Source: Ptychomitrium polyphyllum (lineage: Eukaryota). Taken from it: a stretch of 64,000 nucleotides of DNA. Numbering within the stretch: position 1 is the first letter of the stretch; each line of letters starts with the position of its first letter. A program made the translations under genes and the position numbers. The notes beneath the pieces were generated by a model. The model was given only the letters and a program-made list of their open reading frames with translations, did no database searches and was not told where the DNA came from. This document shows positions 47,601 to 60,746 of this stretch, piece after piece. Where the stretch lies: NCBI GenBank assembly GCA_973851085.1, contig OZ316775.1:4960001-5024000 (forward strand). The letters run 5' to 3'.

Positions 47601-50600
47601 TATTTATTTAATTCGCTTCTTGACATGTTCTGGTTTCCTTTTCAGGTGCTGGAGATCAACCTGGTCACCTTTCCTAACGTGGCTGACGCGATTCTGGCAA
47701 ACGGCATGTTCAGCCATTATGATCGTCCTCGCATTGCTCAGCTTTGTGAGAAAGCTGGTCTTTACATGCGTGCTCTTCAGCACTACACAGAGTTGAATGA
47801 TATCAAGCGTGTTGTGATCAACACTCATGCTATTGAGCCCCAGGTATTTCACTTAGCTTATTTCTACGGCTTCCTTTTGTAGCTCTTTGTTGCGTTCCTT
47901 TCTGTGGTTTGTTGCAAGTCTGAGTTGAAGTTCTTTATGCAGCCTCAAAGTGCTGAACTAAGACGCGGCTTGTGCTCGTCTTTATGTTTCTGCAGGCCCT
48001 AGTAGAATTTTTTGGAACCTTGTCAAAGGAGTGGGCTTTAGATTGCATGAAGGAGTTGCTCCAAGTCAACATGCGAGGCAATCTACAAATCATTGTGCAG
48101 GTGCGTGTCGTGAATTAGCAGTTCGTTTGTAGTCTTAAAATTCATTGATTTTTATTGTTGTGGAGGTCCTTTCTAGCTTTCTTTAATAGTCAAGTAATAT
48201 TATACTCATTTAAGAATGCTGGGGTCAGTCTACTTCAATATTGCAAACTTTACAGTTAGCCCACAATTGCACCTGTATACAGGTTGCAAAGGAGTACGGG
48301 GAACAGCTGGGCATCGATGCATGTGTTAAGTTATTTGAGACCTTCAAGTCATATGAAGGACTTTACTTCTTCCTTGGTGCATACCTAAGTACAAAGTGAG
48401 TTCCTTCTGTTGGTTTTGATCTTGAGAATTGTGGAAGGCAAGACAATGATTGAGATGGGTGATCTTGGGATGCCTCAATGTATTGGATGCCTGAAATTTC
48501 GGGATACCAGTTACTTATGTATGCCTTCGTTTCGTACAAGTAAAATCCTTCTGAATTGTCGATTGTTGTATTCAGTGAGGATCCTGAGATCCACTATAAG
48601 TACATTGAAGCCGCAGCCAAGACTGGTCAAATCAAAGAAGTGGAGCGTGTCACAAGAGAGTCAAACTTCTATCCTCCTGAGAGGACCAAAAATTTCTTGA
48701 TGGAAGCAAAGTTGCCAGATGCAAGGCCTCTGATTAATGTTTGTGATCGACATGGCTATGTGCCTGATCTTACTCATTATCTCTATGCCAACAACATGCT
48801 TCGGTATATTGAGGGATATGTGCAAAAGGTAATTTGTAATTCATTGATCAGAGGTTCTCTACGATTGCTACAGTATCCATGAAGTGCATACTGCCCACTG
48901 GATTCAAATTTACTCAATCTTGGGCTCCTTGATATCTTTCTGACATCTGCGTATCATGCAGGTCAATCCTCAAAACGCACCTTTGGTGGTTGGGCAGCTG
49001 CTGGATGATGATTGCCCTGAGGATTTTATCAAGGGCCTAATCTTGTCTGTCCGGTCATTGCTTCCAGTGGAGCCTCTGGTTGACGAGTGTGAGAAGAGGT
49101 AATTTGAATGTTTATCGTTGAGTTCTAATCAGCCATATAGCTGGTTCTACATTGCTTTTTCATTTACAAACTGCATTGTATTCTGTTCACCAGTGCTCCA
49201 CGGACACTATTATCATATTAGAAGAGTTTTGAATGTGGATTTTACAGAAGTTCAATATTGAGAATGCTGACATGTTGAGTTCATTACTAACGAGTTGTGA
49301 CTTTTGACAGAAATCGTCTCCGGCTGTTGACACAATTCTTAGAGCATCTCGTGAGTGAAGGAAGTCAAGATGTGCATGTGCACAACGCTCTTGGAAAGAT
49401 CATTATTGATACAAATAACAACCCTGAGCATTTCCTTACAACAAATCCTTACTATGACTCTAAAGTTGTTGGTAAGTATTGTGAGAAGCGTGACCCCACG
49501 CTTGCAGTTGTTGCCTATAGACGAGGCCAATGTGACGATGAGCTCGTCAACGTGACCAACAAGAACTCTCTGTTTAAGCTCCAGGCCAGGTGAGGCTCTT
49601 CCCTATTTCTATATCACTTCAAGAAATTCAGCGAATATTGTCAGACATGATTCGTCTTGAAGCTTGGGTTCCGCAGTCAAATTTTCTTTTTCTTATAAAA
49701 GATTCTTGCCTGGTCAGTCCTATTATTTCTACACTTGTCTCCACTTCCTTTTCTTTTATAGTTGGCTGGACTCTAAGTTCCTTTGGTACTTGGTATGACC
49801 AGGTATGTGGTCGAGCGAATGGAACCAGACCTGTGGTTGAAGGTTCTCGACCCAGAAAATCCTTGCAGAAGACAGCTGATTGATCAGGTCGTGTCTACTG
49901 CTCTGCCAGAGAGTAAAAACCCAGAGCAGGTGTCAGCCACTGTTAAGGCATTCATGACCGCAGATTTGCCTCATGAGTTGATTGAGCTTCTAGAGAAAAT
50001 TGTTCTGCAGAACTCTGCCTTCAGTGGCAATCCGAATCTTCAGAATCTGCTCATTCTTACCGCAATCAAGGCTGACACAACAAGGGTTATGGATTATATC
50101 CACCGATTGGATAATTTTGATGGTCCGGCAGTGGGAGAAATTGCTGTCGGTGCTGAACTTTATGAGGAAGCATTTGCAATCTTCAAGAAGTTCAATCTGA
50201 ATGTCCAAGCCGTTAATGTTCTCCTAGACAACATGCGCAGCATTGATCGTGCTGTGGAGTTTGCAGCTCGAGTGGAAGAAGATGAGGTCTGGAGCCAAGT
50301 GGGTAAGGCACAGTTGAGGGAAGGCCTGGTCAGCGATGCTATTGAGTCTTTCATCAAGGCAAATGATGCCTCTCAATACAACGAGGTTATTGACGTAGCA
50401 TCTGGTGTAAGGGCATACGAGGATCTAGTGAGATACTTGAACATGGTACGCAAGAAGGTGAAGGAGGCGAAGGTGGATTCTGAGTTGATCTTTGCGTATG
50501 CCAAGCTGAACCGCTTAGATGACATTGAGGAGTTTATTGTCACTCCCAACCTTGCAAACTTGCAAACTGTTGGAGATCGTCTATTTGATGAGGCTTTGTA

Positions 50601-53036
50601 TGAAGCTGCTAAAATAATTTTCACTCACATTTCCAACTGGGCCAGACTTGCCAGTACTCTTGTTAAGCTTCACCAGTTTCAAGCAGCTGTGGATGCAGCT
50701 AGGAAGGCCAACAGCGCACGGACATGGAAGGAAGTCTGTTTTGCTTGCGTGGATGCTGAGGAGTTCCGCCTGGCACAAATTTGTGGTCTCAATGTCATTG
50801 TCCAGGTATGCAATTAACTCCTTGAAGTTTAATTCGATACTGAATTGTTTTTAATGAGTAGGCTCTTTATGTTTAACAACTATAGTAATGTGCAAATCTC
50901 AATAGTACGAATTTGGCGTTTTAAACTTGAAATTTGTGCAAAGATGTGCAGTGGCTGGTCTTAGCTGGGAAAGCAACTCTAAATCCCTGAACATGATTGT
51001 GTATAATCTTTGTAGGTTGATGATTTGGAAGAGGTCAGTGAATACTACCAGAACAGGGGTCGCTTTGACGAGCTCATCTCACTCATGGAAAGTGGACTCG
51101 GTTTGGAGCGTGCTCACATGGGTATCTTTACAGAACTTGGTACTTTGTATGCCAAGTACCGTCCAGAGAAGCTTATGGAGCATCTCAAGCTTTTTGCCAC
51201 CCGTATCAACATTCCAAGACTTATCCGTGTGTGCGACGAGCAACAGCACTGGAAGGAACTTACGTACTTGTATATTCAGTATGATGAGTTCGACAATGCT
51301 GCTGCTACTATGATGAGCCATTCTCCAGAAGCTTGGGATCATATGCAGTTCAAGGATGTGGCCGTCAAGGTCGCCAATGTGGAACTGTACTACAAGGCTG
51401 CTCATTTCTATCTGCAAGAGCATCCAGAACTCATCAATGATTTCCTTAATGTTCTTTCTGCTCGTGTAGATCACACGAGAGTGGTGGATATCATGCGGAA
51501 GGTAAGTTAGTCGTATAGAGAGAATTGCCACTTAAGTGTTGCTCATTCTCCGTAAATGCTCTCTCATTGAATATTATTTTTATGGTTGTTGATTTAGCTG
51601 AATTCCTTATGACTCTTAATATACTTAATTGGAGATTGATATATAATTGTCATTTCTTATATGTGCTTCTACGTCACATCTGCAGGCTGGACAATTACCA
51701 CTGGTGAAGCCATATATGGTGGCTGTTCAGAGTGCTAACAATGCTGCAGTGAATGAGGCTCTAAACGGGCTTTACATTGAGGATGAGGATTATGATCGGC
51801 TCAGGGAGTCCATTGATATGTATGATAACTTTGACCAGATTTCAATGGCACAACGGGTAACAACTTCATCCTTTCTCCAAGCGTGCGTGATCATGTTACC
51901 ATGCATATTACAATGCTCACTAAATTGGAATCGTGGCGATAACTTTTCTGTCGTTGATTTTATCAGCTGTGCTCTTGATGTTTGATGGTTCCAAAATATA
52001 TGCTGAATATATGTATTTTATTCATTCTCGTCAGATTGAGAAGCACGAGCTTCTGGAAATGCGAAGGGTTGCAGCGTACATCTACAAGAGGGCTGGGAGA
52101 TGGAAACAGTCTGTGGCTCTTTCGAAGAAGGATAACTTGTACAAGGATGCCATGGAGACTTGCTCACAGTCAGGGGATCGTGATCTTGCTGAGGAGTTGC
52201 TCACTTTTTTTGTGGACAAGGTAACTCATCAACTTTACTTTGTATGTTTATTTGTCCATGGCTTTAGTTTGTTAATGTATACATTCGGCCTCGTCCTGAT
52301 CGTTGGCATTCGGTGTTTTTTCTAATACTGGTTTGTATATTTGGATCGTTGCTTTTGACGCAGGGCAAAAAAGAATGCTTTGCTGCATGCTTATATACCT
52401 GCTATGATCTCATTCGTGCCGACATCGCCGTTGAGCTGGCCTGGATGCATGGCATGATGGATTTTGTCGTACCCTACTTATTACAGGTCTGTACTTTTTG
52501 ACCTTCTTAAATGCCACTTGCTTATTTTGTCTACTTAAATTTCATTTGCTCATCAATAAATGCTACTCTGAAAATATTTATGAAATCCTTAAATTGCGGT
52601 TACTCATTAATATTATCTCTTGTAGTTCATGCGCGAGTACACAACAAAGGTTGATGAGCTTATCAAGGATAAACTGGAAGCAACTGAAGAAAAGAAGTCC
52701 AAGGAATCTGAGGAGAAGGATGTTGTCGCTCAACAGGTATAATTTCTATCTATCAGAATATCAATTCTGATGTTTGTTTATTTTGGTCAGCCATGAGATG
52801 CCTTTGCCATCAAACTGTCACCAAAAAATGGTTGGAGTAACACAGCCTGTATAATTTTTGTGAAAGCTTTAGCTGATGTTTTCATATCTCTGCAGAATAT
52901 GTATGCCCAGCTTTTGCCTTTGGCTCTACCTGCCCCACCTGTTGCCGGCATGGCTGCTATGCCTGGCATGGGTGCAGGTATGCCTTACGGGGGAATGCCA
53001 GGAGGATACGGCATGCCCTCCATGAGTTCGTTCTAA
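41661..53036 (+). CDS. CHC: Clathrin heavy chain (about 30 exons), with a duplicated exon 7
   Basis: [14 protein letters not shown] (41661-41702) | [29 protein letters not shown] (42057-42261) | 42992-43080 | 43223-43301 | 43448-43575 | 44009-44107 | exon 7a/7b | 44775-... The CHCR-repeat exons include [18 protein letters not shown] and the ~1-kb exon from 49803 ([11 protein letters not shown]...). The last exon reads [15 protein letters not shown]...[10 protein letters not shown], with TAA at 53034-53036. Confidence 0.97.
44244..44352 (+). other. CHC: Clathrin heavy chain alternative exon 7a (109 nt)
   Basis: CCAG|GTTTCA...[49 protein letters not shown](G); phase 0 in, phase 1 out. Confidence 0.8.
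44411..44519 (+). other. CHC: Clathrin heavy chain alternative exon 7b (109 nt)
   Basis: ATCAG|GTGCCA...[49 protein letters not shown](G); phase 0 in, phase 1 out. Confidence 0.9.
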
Positions 53037-54768
53037 ATCCGCTCTGAAGAAGGCTTGTTCTTTTCGTATTTACATTAAACTGGGACCCTCAGCTGACAAG
53101 GTTGGTGTGAACAAGTGTACAAATAACGGCGGTTCAAGACCTTTTTTCAATTATTTGAGAACGGCTCTTTGTTCCCTGGTTGCATCCAACTGGAAATTGG
53201 ATTCTAGTGAGGGGTTTAGTGGCAGCGCTGCTTTATGTAGGTAGAAGGGTTAACTATGTTGGCACTACGATTTCACACGATGTATATGAGGGTGGTGCTG
53301 AGGGCTTGTGTTATCAGGACACCCGGGAGGTTTCTACTGCAGATTTTTAGGTTAAAGAGAAGTGCAGCAGTTAACACCTCATGTAGAGAAAGCCACTCGA
53401 TTTGTAGCAGTTTCTGCGTTTCGATCTCAATTTCTTGTCCTGGTTTCTCTGCTGATGGTTTTGTCTGAATGTTAGGAAGATCTCTTTTGTTTAAGTACAA
53501 TTTGCTTGTAAATCTCTTCAGACAGCCAATACCGAACTTTAGAGTGAAGTTTCGGTGCAACACTCTTTTGTATGAATAGTTTGTGGACAGCAACTTCGGT
53601 AAGCTTCTGTAATTTTCTGAGGCGTGAACAGGCCGCGGTTAGGATACATCATAAATCTGACATGACGATGTTGCAAACCTCCCAAACCTCATGTGGTAAA
53701 ATGCCATCTTCCGCAGGTACAGAGATTTGGATCTATGTGTCAATAAACTAGACTTATTTCTTCGTGCATTCATTACCACATGTTCGTCACCATATGTTCT
53801 TACGTGTTCTTAGTATCATATATTATTGATTTCCAATATTCTAAGGTAAGTTGTTTGACTTGCAAAGAATAGTTAGAGGATGTTGGATTTCAACCACATC
53901 TTCTGACACTAGACGCATCTCACGGTAAATATGTCACCTGCCTCCTCAAGAGTTGGAAGAGCGTCACTAGATGCATCCAACATTGACTTCCAATATTGAG
54001 GCCTATAGGGTTTGAAACCCGATAGTGTTGTGCACTTCCTGCTATTTCTGTCAGATTGAGTTGGTAAAAACTTTTAGGATTGAATTAATAAAATATGCAG
54101 TTACCTTCTCTAATCTTTCACGTCTGCCTTATCGTATACCGCTATAAGTATTGATGCAGCTGCCCAATAGGGTTTTGCGGTGCAAATACAGCTTCATGGA
54201 ATATTCAGGTTCAAGACTCTTTTAATCACGTTCCTGACAAAAATTGTATAATTAAAAAGATGCATTAAAGCTATGGATGACAAACAATTTCTTAAATGCT
54301 TTCATAATAAGCAGAATATCCAAATTGATGATCTTTACCATCTTTAGCTACCGCCACTGTAGGTACTGAAGAATCCTAACATAATACAAGATATTACAAG
54401 TCACTGTTGTCATTGTCGATCAGAAGGATTGCATCCCCCAACTCACTCCACTAATAACCTCCACTGAAAAAACTTGCGCAAAATGGTCATCTGGGAGGAT
54501 GTACGCTCCGGCTCAAAGAGAGGGATCATGAAAGGCACTTCCACCACAACCGCTACCACCATCCATCCACAAAATGCTTTCTGAAGCTAAGCGGAACAAT
54601 TATTACTCTAATAACCAGGATTCTCGCAACGTAATGGCCACTTTGAGAGCAATATAATTGTTTATAATGCTCCCACCCAATAAGGGTTCAGCATATGTGC
54701 TACTACTGCACTCAATCAAATCCAAGCGTGTATATCACGTTGATCACAAATGGGCAGAATTTTGGGTC

Positions 54769-56738
54769 TTACGTGGGGACTGAAAATGACAACAGCTCCG
54801 GTAAATGGGCATTTGTATACTTGGTCCTCTTAGATTCTCGTCTCTTCTTTTTTTGTGGCTTTGGGATCTGGGATCGTGGAACCCCTGCCATTGCCTCTCT
54901 CCGTGCTGAGTTTGTGGCCGGCTTCATGCCTGCTTTCTGCAATTCTCTCTCTACATCCATGAACTCTCGTGGTGTATCTATTCCCCTTATCAATTGTTTC
55001 AAATCATCATCCACCTGTTCATAGCAAGAAAAGAAAAGCCAATGCGTTCTATTAAAAATTGCACAAAGACAGAAATTTTTTAGTGTGATATTAATGACTA
55101 CAACCGATATCTAACACCGACCTTCATTTACATCAAACGCTGATACGCACGTAGCTGACATCAAACACTAAATCCCGACACATTTTGACAGACGAGACGT
55201 TTAACAGCAGAAAGGTGCAAGAGAGACAGTACCGTAATAACGATTTTCGGATCATTTGGGTAGACAATTTCCTCTTGAGAATCACTATTCATCAATACCC
55301 AAACTTTCCCCGTTGCTTTGAGATCCTGCACAAATTAGTACAAAGGACTGGCAAGTCAGACGAAATTTCTAATGCTCTGCACATAACCTGAAACAGCCTC
55401 ATACTCGACATATTAAACAAGCAAACACGGTACAAAAAAACATGTACATGCAAGGAAATTTGCGTGCATCTAAATTGTCTGCTACAATTATACACTTAAG
55501 CAAAAATTTACAAGATAGACTCACCTTCGATTGGCTAAATTGAGTTCCTCTCCTGATACTAAATGCCATAAGCACTTGCAAGAATTGCAAATAAGACATT
55601 GTACAACAGTATAAGCGCTGCCTAAGAATCAACCATATACCTGCACATCAGCCTGAATTCCTGGATATGAGTCTTTCAAGTCACCCATGGGAACCCCTTC
55701 GGGAAGTTTTCTCACGAGAACAAGAAGCTCCTCCTTGTTTTTCAGGTCGTGCTTTGACTGCCACAGCACAAGTGTACTCCATCAACAAGCTAAACCAAGT
55801 TCTTTTGAGCAGAAGCATACATAGAGCAATCAAAAGTAATTAGTTAATGCATCTGTATTATCAGACAATGGAACGCAACAGCAGTCCTCGCTCATTAATT
55901 TGAATATTTCATGAGCAGTGGCATAACAAAACAAATTGTAAGGCAATAGTTCAAATTACAATCTTCGTGAGTCCAACACCTGCGTTCTTGCAACTAGAAC
56001 AACTTTCTGAACAATTTACACAACATCCTGTGGAGGTTAAGTCGAGTGAAAACCTTGTAAGCAAATCGCTGGCCATCGAATGAAACCTTCACATTGCTTT
56101 TCAAGCTCTCGAACACATCCTTGTTATGCTTTACGTCAACAAAGCAGAGGTCATTAATCTCCTCGGGCAGAAGCGACTGCCGTGTCTGCACACGCAAACC
56201 AACAAGACCAGGTCAAAAATCTTCCCAGTACTTGGGTTTGCATCACAATTTCAAAGTAGGGACAGTAGGAGGATTCCACAAACTCGAGCACCATCTCATG
56301 CACGCGTATAACTCCTACTCACCGCAAAACCCTAAGTTCTCATTCCGGTACGCAACTATGCGAAATTCACATCATTCAAGTGCCCACACCTTCTCAAACT
56401 TAAGGCCTCAAACCAAAACATGATAGACGAGAAAAAAACCCCAACACAACACACGGGCATTGGACCCCTACGTCAAGCAAGAGGTCGAGAACACGCTTGA
56501 TCTGCGCACCAACAGGCGACTTCTGAATCGTCGCAATCTGCTGCAGCTTCTCCGTATCATTCGTAAACGAAAATCGTTGCGCGAGCGGCACAAGCGGCTG
56601 CGATCGAGGAGGCGGAACGGGCGCCTTCCGCGACGCGGAAGCCGAAGCAACCTTCGGCCGCGTTGGCAGTGTCACAAGCGACGCTTGCAGCTTCTCCTGC
56701 TGCTTTGTAAACTGCGCGAGCTTCTGCGCCAACGCCAT
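54769..56738 (-). CDS. TFIIE2: General transcription factor TFIIE beta subunit, 5 exons
   Basis: Exons 56738-56472, 56185-56054, 55757-55641, 55325-55233 and 55014-54769, all phase 0 GT-AG. Reads MALAQKLAQFTKQQEK, FTNDTEKLQQI..IQKSPVGAQIKRVLDLL, VFESLKSNVKVSFDGQRFAYKSKHDLK, DLKDSYP, VWVLMNSDSQEEIVYPNDP, VDDDLKQL, TNAHLPEL. Confidence 0.92.
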
Positions 56739-59700
56739 CGAATCCCTTCTCCCTCCTCCCTCCACCAACAATCCACCAAATCCCCTCCCGCCCCCCGCAC
56801 CCCCCCACCCCCCCCCAAAAAAAAACTCGCCCTGCACTCCACTCCACAAGCTGAAACCCTAAAAACGCATCCCTTGGGTCTAATTCCGTGTCGCGACTTC
56901 CACAAGATGACTTGAAAGATTCCGTTTCCAATGGACAACCCCTGGTACCGGTAAAGGCAGAGACGCGGCCGTGGTCTAGCTTGGGGTCCCTCGGCGGTGG
57001 CGATGGCGTCCGGACAGGCTCTCCCCCACCACGCCTCTGCAACGCCTCTGCCCCTCAGCTCGCCCTTCTCCCCTCCTTCGCCCATCGCCCTTCCTTTTAC
57101 TTTTACTTTTACTTTTCCTTTTTCAGGCGCCACGCGGAAAAAGTATATATTCCGTCATTTCCATTGGAACGCGTTTTCCACCCGTTCTCAGTTCTGTTGC
57201 ACTGCCGTGAGGCGTTCCACGGTGGCTGTGGAACGTGGACATCAGATCAATCAACTGGGCAATATACTGTAGCCACATGGCAGCCCTGTGGGCACCTCAC
57301 AAGTGCAATTTTAATTTTTTTCGAAAACAAGGTTCACTCCTCAAGGATTTAATTACTTCGTTGTTTACATTTGGTGCGGAAAATGATAAAAGCTAAAAGT
57401 GGGCACAAGGTTGGCGTGAACAGTTCAAAAGAGTGTTAAAAATAGTTATTTTGAAATTCTTGGTTCATTTTTTTGGAGGTGTTTTTTGGAATTGTTTTGA
57501 GAAGCCCTCCTATCTGGTAGTGGTGATGAAGGGAATCTTGCTTGTGAGTAGAGGATTTCATAATTGGGGATTATTCCAATGACTAATCCTCCAACTAAGC
57601 TGCGTGAGTGCTCTACAAGGGATCGTCCAAGTACTAATATTGGTCATAATTGATTATTTTAGTTAAGTGAATGGATTTCGGATATGAACCAAAATTAAGA
57701 TGAGTCATGATATGTAATTTCTATATTTTTGATGGAATTTGAATACAGAAAAGAAGTTCAGAAATTAAAACAAAAAATTTGTATAGAAATAATTTACATG
57801 GTTACACTTCTACAAAACGATTTAGATATTCATATTGTGAATTTGAAGAACATTTAGCTTTAAATATTTACCAAAATTATAATTCTTATTCTTGTACTTG
57901 AAGTATTATGTAATGGCTAAATTTATATATCACCTCATAGACAATAAATAAACTAAAAATAGCAATAATAATAATTGTAGTAACTATTTCAAAATAGCAA
58001 AGTTTATAAACTTCACTTTAAGCACTTGAATAGAGTTACATGTGTTGAATTTGCTTAAAACTACTCCTAAATCTCCACTTTTGAAAGAAATTCATATATT
58101 TTGGACTCTTCGTGGAGTTCTTATGATTTGCTGACGTTGGAGAACAATGTGGCCCTAATACCAACATCTACAGACGGTGAAGATTCAACAGTCTAGAGCG
58201 TACTATTTCTTGAAGATCTGACAGATTTTGGATCTGGATGTATCCTGATTGTAATGGGTACGACCTTAGGCCCAACTCAGTGATGTCAGTGTGAGATGTA
58301 TGTCAGAGTTCTGTGCAGAAACTCCATTCATTCAAAGCGATGAAGCAAGATGCTCATGTGCAGGATAGGCCAACATTTTCTTTTTCTGCTCAGGACGTAG
58401 ATTAGTGTACTGTATACGCAGTACGTGAATGAATACAGAGCTGATGACTACTCAAGTCATTGTCCTGGACTTAAGGACGGTCCTAACTCATGTGTATCAA
58501 TTTTAGGCCGCTGCAGTGCTGAACCTCTTGCCACCATGCCCCCTCTACTGTGGTTACTAGAGCTCCCCATTGGCCGGCTAACATCATTTAATCACCCCTT
58601 AAACTCACCCTTAAACTCACCTTTAAAGTACTTAGCTCCCCTGTGACTACAACCTCACCTCTGAAGCTTATCATCCTAGTACGCTGGTAAATCAACAAGC
58701 AATTCACTCATGCACCCTTATGGTATTGCACAGTGGAGCAGGGGCTGGTCACACTGCGCATCATGAACTAAATGCGTCTGACACCAAGGAGCTGTCATCA
58801 TCTCATGTGGGTATCTACTGCCCTACGTGCCTTCCTTGAGTGCTCAGTGCTTACCTGCTGTACATCCTTGACTCATTCAGCCCCCACCACAACAGTGGGC
58901 TGCACTGTCTTACAACTTTGTTCAGGTTCACCATCAATCCGAACCACACTTTTGTTACAGTACTAATTTCTACACAAATCTTGTGTTTAGGGACATGTTT
59001 CCGCAGATTATTGTACTATTTAACCAGCTGGGTTGGGTGCTCATCAGTACTCAGATTGCACGCCAAATTCATCATAACATTCTTCACTAAACATGACCCC
59101 TCTAAACAAGACCATCCCAAAGAGAGAATTTCACAATATGAATAGAGGGCGTTGTAGAGGTGGCAGTCACCATTGGCAAAACGAGAGCACAATTATCCCA
59201 TAATTTGGAGCTCCTTTGAAGTTGTATTGTTTGTACTTTGAAACTCTTGATTGATTGAAACCATTGAGGTTGTGTCCTATAATACAAAAGTACAATATGG
59301 ATCAAGATACAGCCATTCACATTATGTACCATAACCAACTTGATGCTCCTGAATTTTGCTAGTCTCGCTCATTGTAAAAATCTCCACAAATAGTTGTAGA
59401 AGTATGTGCACCAAATCAAAAAACTACACCTACAACTTCATGCATTCATGAATTCATTGCTACATGTCCTTAAGCACTATGATTTATTTATTGTTGATTT
59501 CCCACTTTCCAAAGTGAGAGAGTTGCTTCATGTACTGAACAGTGGTATGATCATAACACCCAGGAGATGAAACCTCGACCGTAACAGCAAGTGACCAGTT
59601 AAAAAACACCAAAGGTGCTACAGTGCTACCTAGTTGCGGCTGGAGATGGCATGCACGACACTGTAATCGCTGTACGTGCACAGGTCATGAGCCTTACAAC

Positions 59701-60746
59701 TACGATACTCAACTTCCAGCCTCTCAACAAATGCTTGTCCAACGTCTGGCGCATCGTCCCACTGCTTTTTCACACTGCAATGCTTGCAGTGTATGGATTC
59801 TCCCTTTGACTTTCTTCAGTCGATGAACTCCCAACAACTTGTCCAGGATCACCGGTAGTGGTCAGTGGCCGTGGTCAAGACACTACCGTAGGTAGTCCAA
59901 TTAATATTTTTGCCCCGGTATTGTACGTCCTGCGGTACAGGGACCTGGCGAAAAATACGATATATTTAAGCCTACTGAGGAACCATCCAGTCTGGTATGA
60001 CTCACAAGACTACCTCATGTGTGATTTGCATATTACCAGGTGAAACAACAGACTTGATATTGGATGACACAGGCCTTTTTTTATCCAAGTATTCGTATCG
60101 TCCGGTGACTCCCATACCAGTACCTTTCTAGTCTATTTTCTTTTTGGAAACATCCCGTTCACATACCAGCATGATATTCAACATGGTACTATCAGTGACA
60201 CCAGTATAACACTGTCTTGCACCCACACTGCTTGAAAAGCACCTGGAGTCTGAGCTCTGAAGTAGGGTCCAGGAGTGGAAAGTTTCCCAAAGCGATGGGC
60301 GGAACCCATTCCATCCTACAATATCCTGAGCTTAATGTAAGATCGTAAAGGTAAAACCCAGGCAGCTGACTGGTGGAGCTCCAAGGACATGGGAGCACAG
60401 CAAAGTAGAGCAACTAGGTCACGTTTCTTAGATGCGCAGGCAGGCAGGCTTGACACTAGATGCACCTTGCTCGCCTCTCACTCGGTTGCATGCGCCGCTG
60501 CAGCGCATTGCATCACTAAAGCTCATTCATTTCTGGTCGTTCTCATATACCAGGAGCCACCACTAAGTTATCATGGGGTCTGCGTCCTAGCTAGTCTAGA
60601 ATGTATACCATGGGGTGCTGGTCTTGGTGGTGTGGATGTTCTATGCAGGTCGAGAACAACACAGGGATTCACGTGGTTGATGTTACTGAAAGATAGATAG
60701 GTTGATTTGGGAGGTGAACTTAGGAGGTTATAGATCTGCTGCTGTG

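Noticed and set aside
12616..56738. Twinkle + UVSSA + TFIIE2 as a DNA-repair/transcription gene cluster
   Set aside because: The products act in different compartments and are interspersed with unrelated genes; ordinary gene order explains it.
56400..57352. Overlapping ~150-aa ORFs around the TFIIE2 start
   Set aside because: They are antisense or alternative frames of the GC-rich first exon and promoter.
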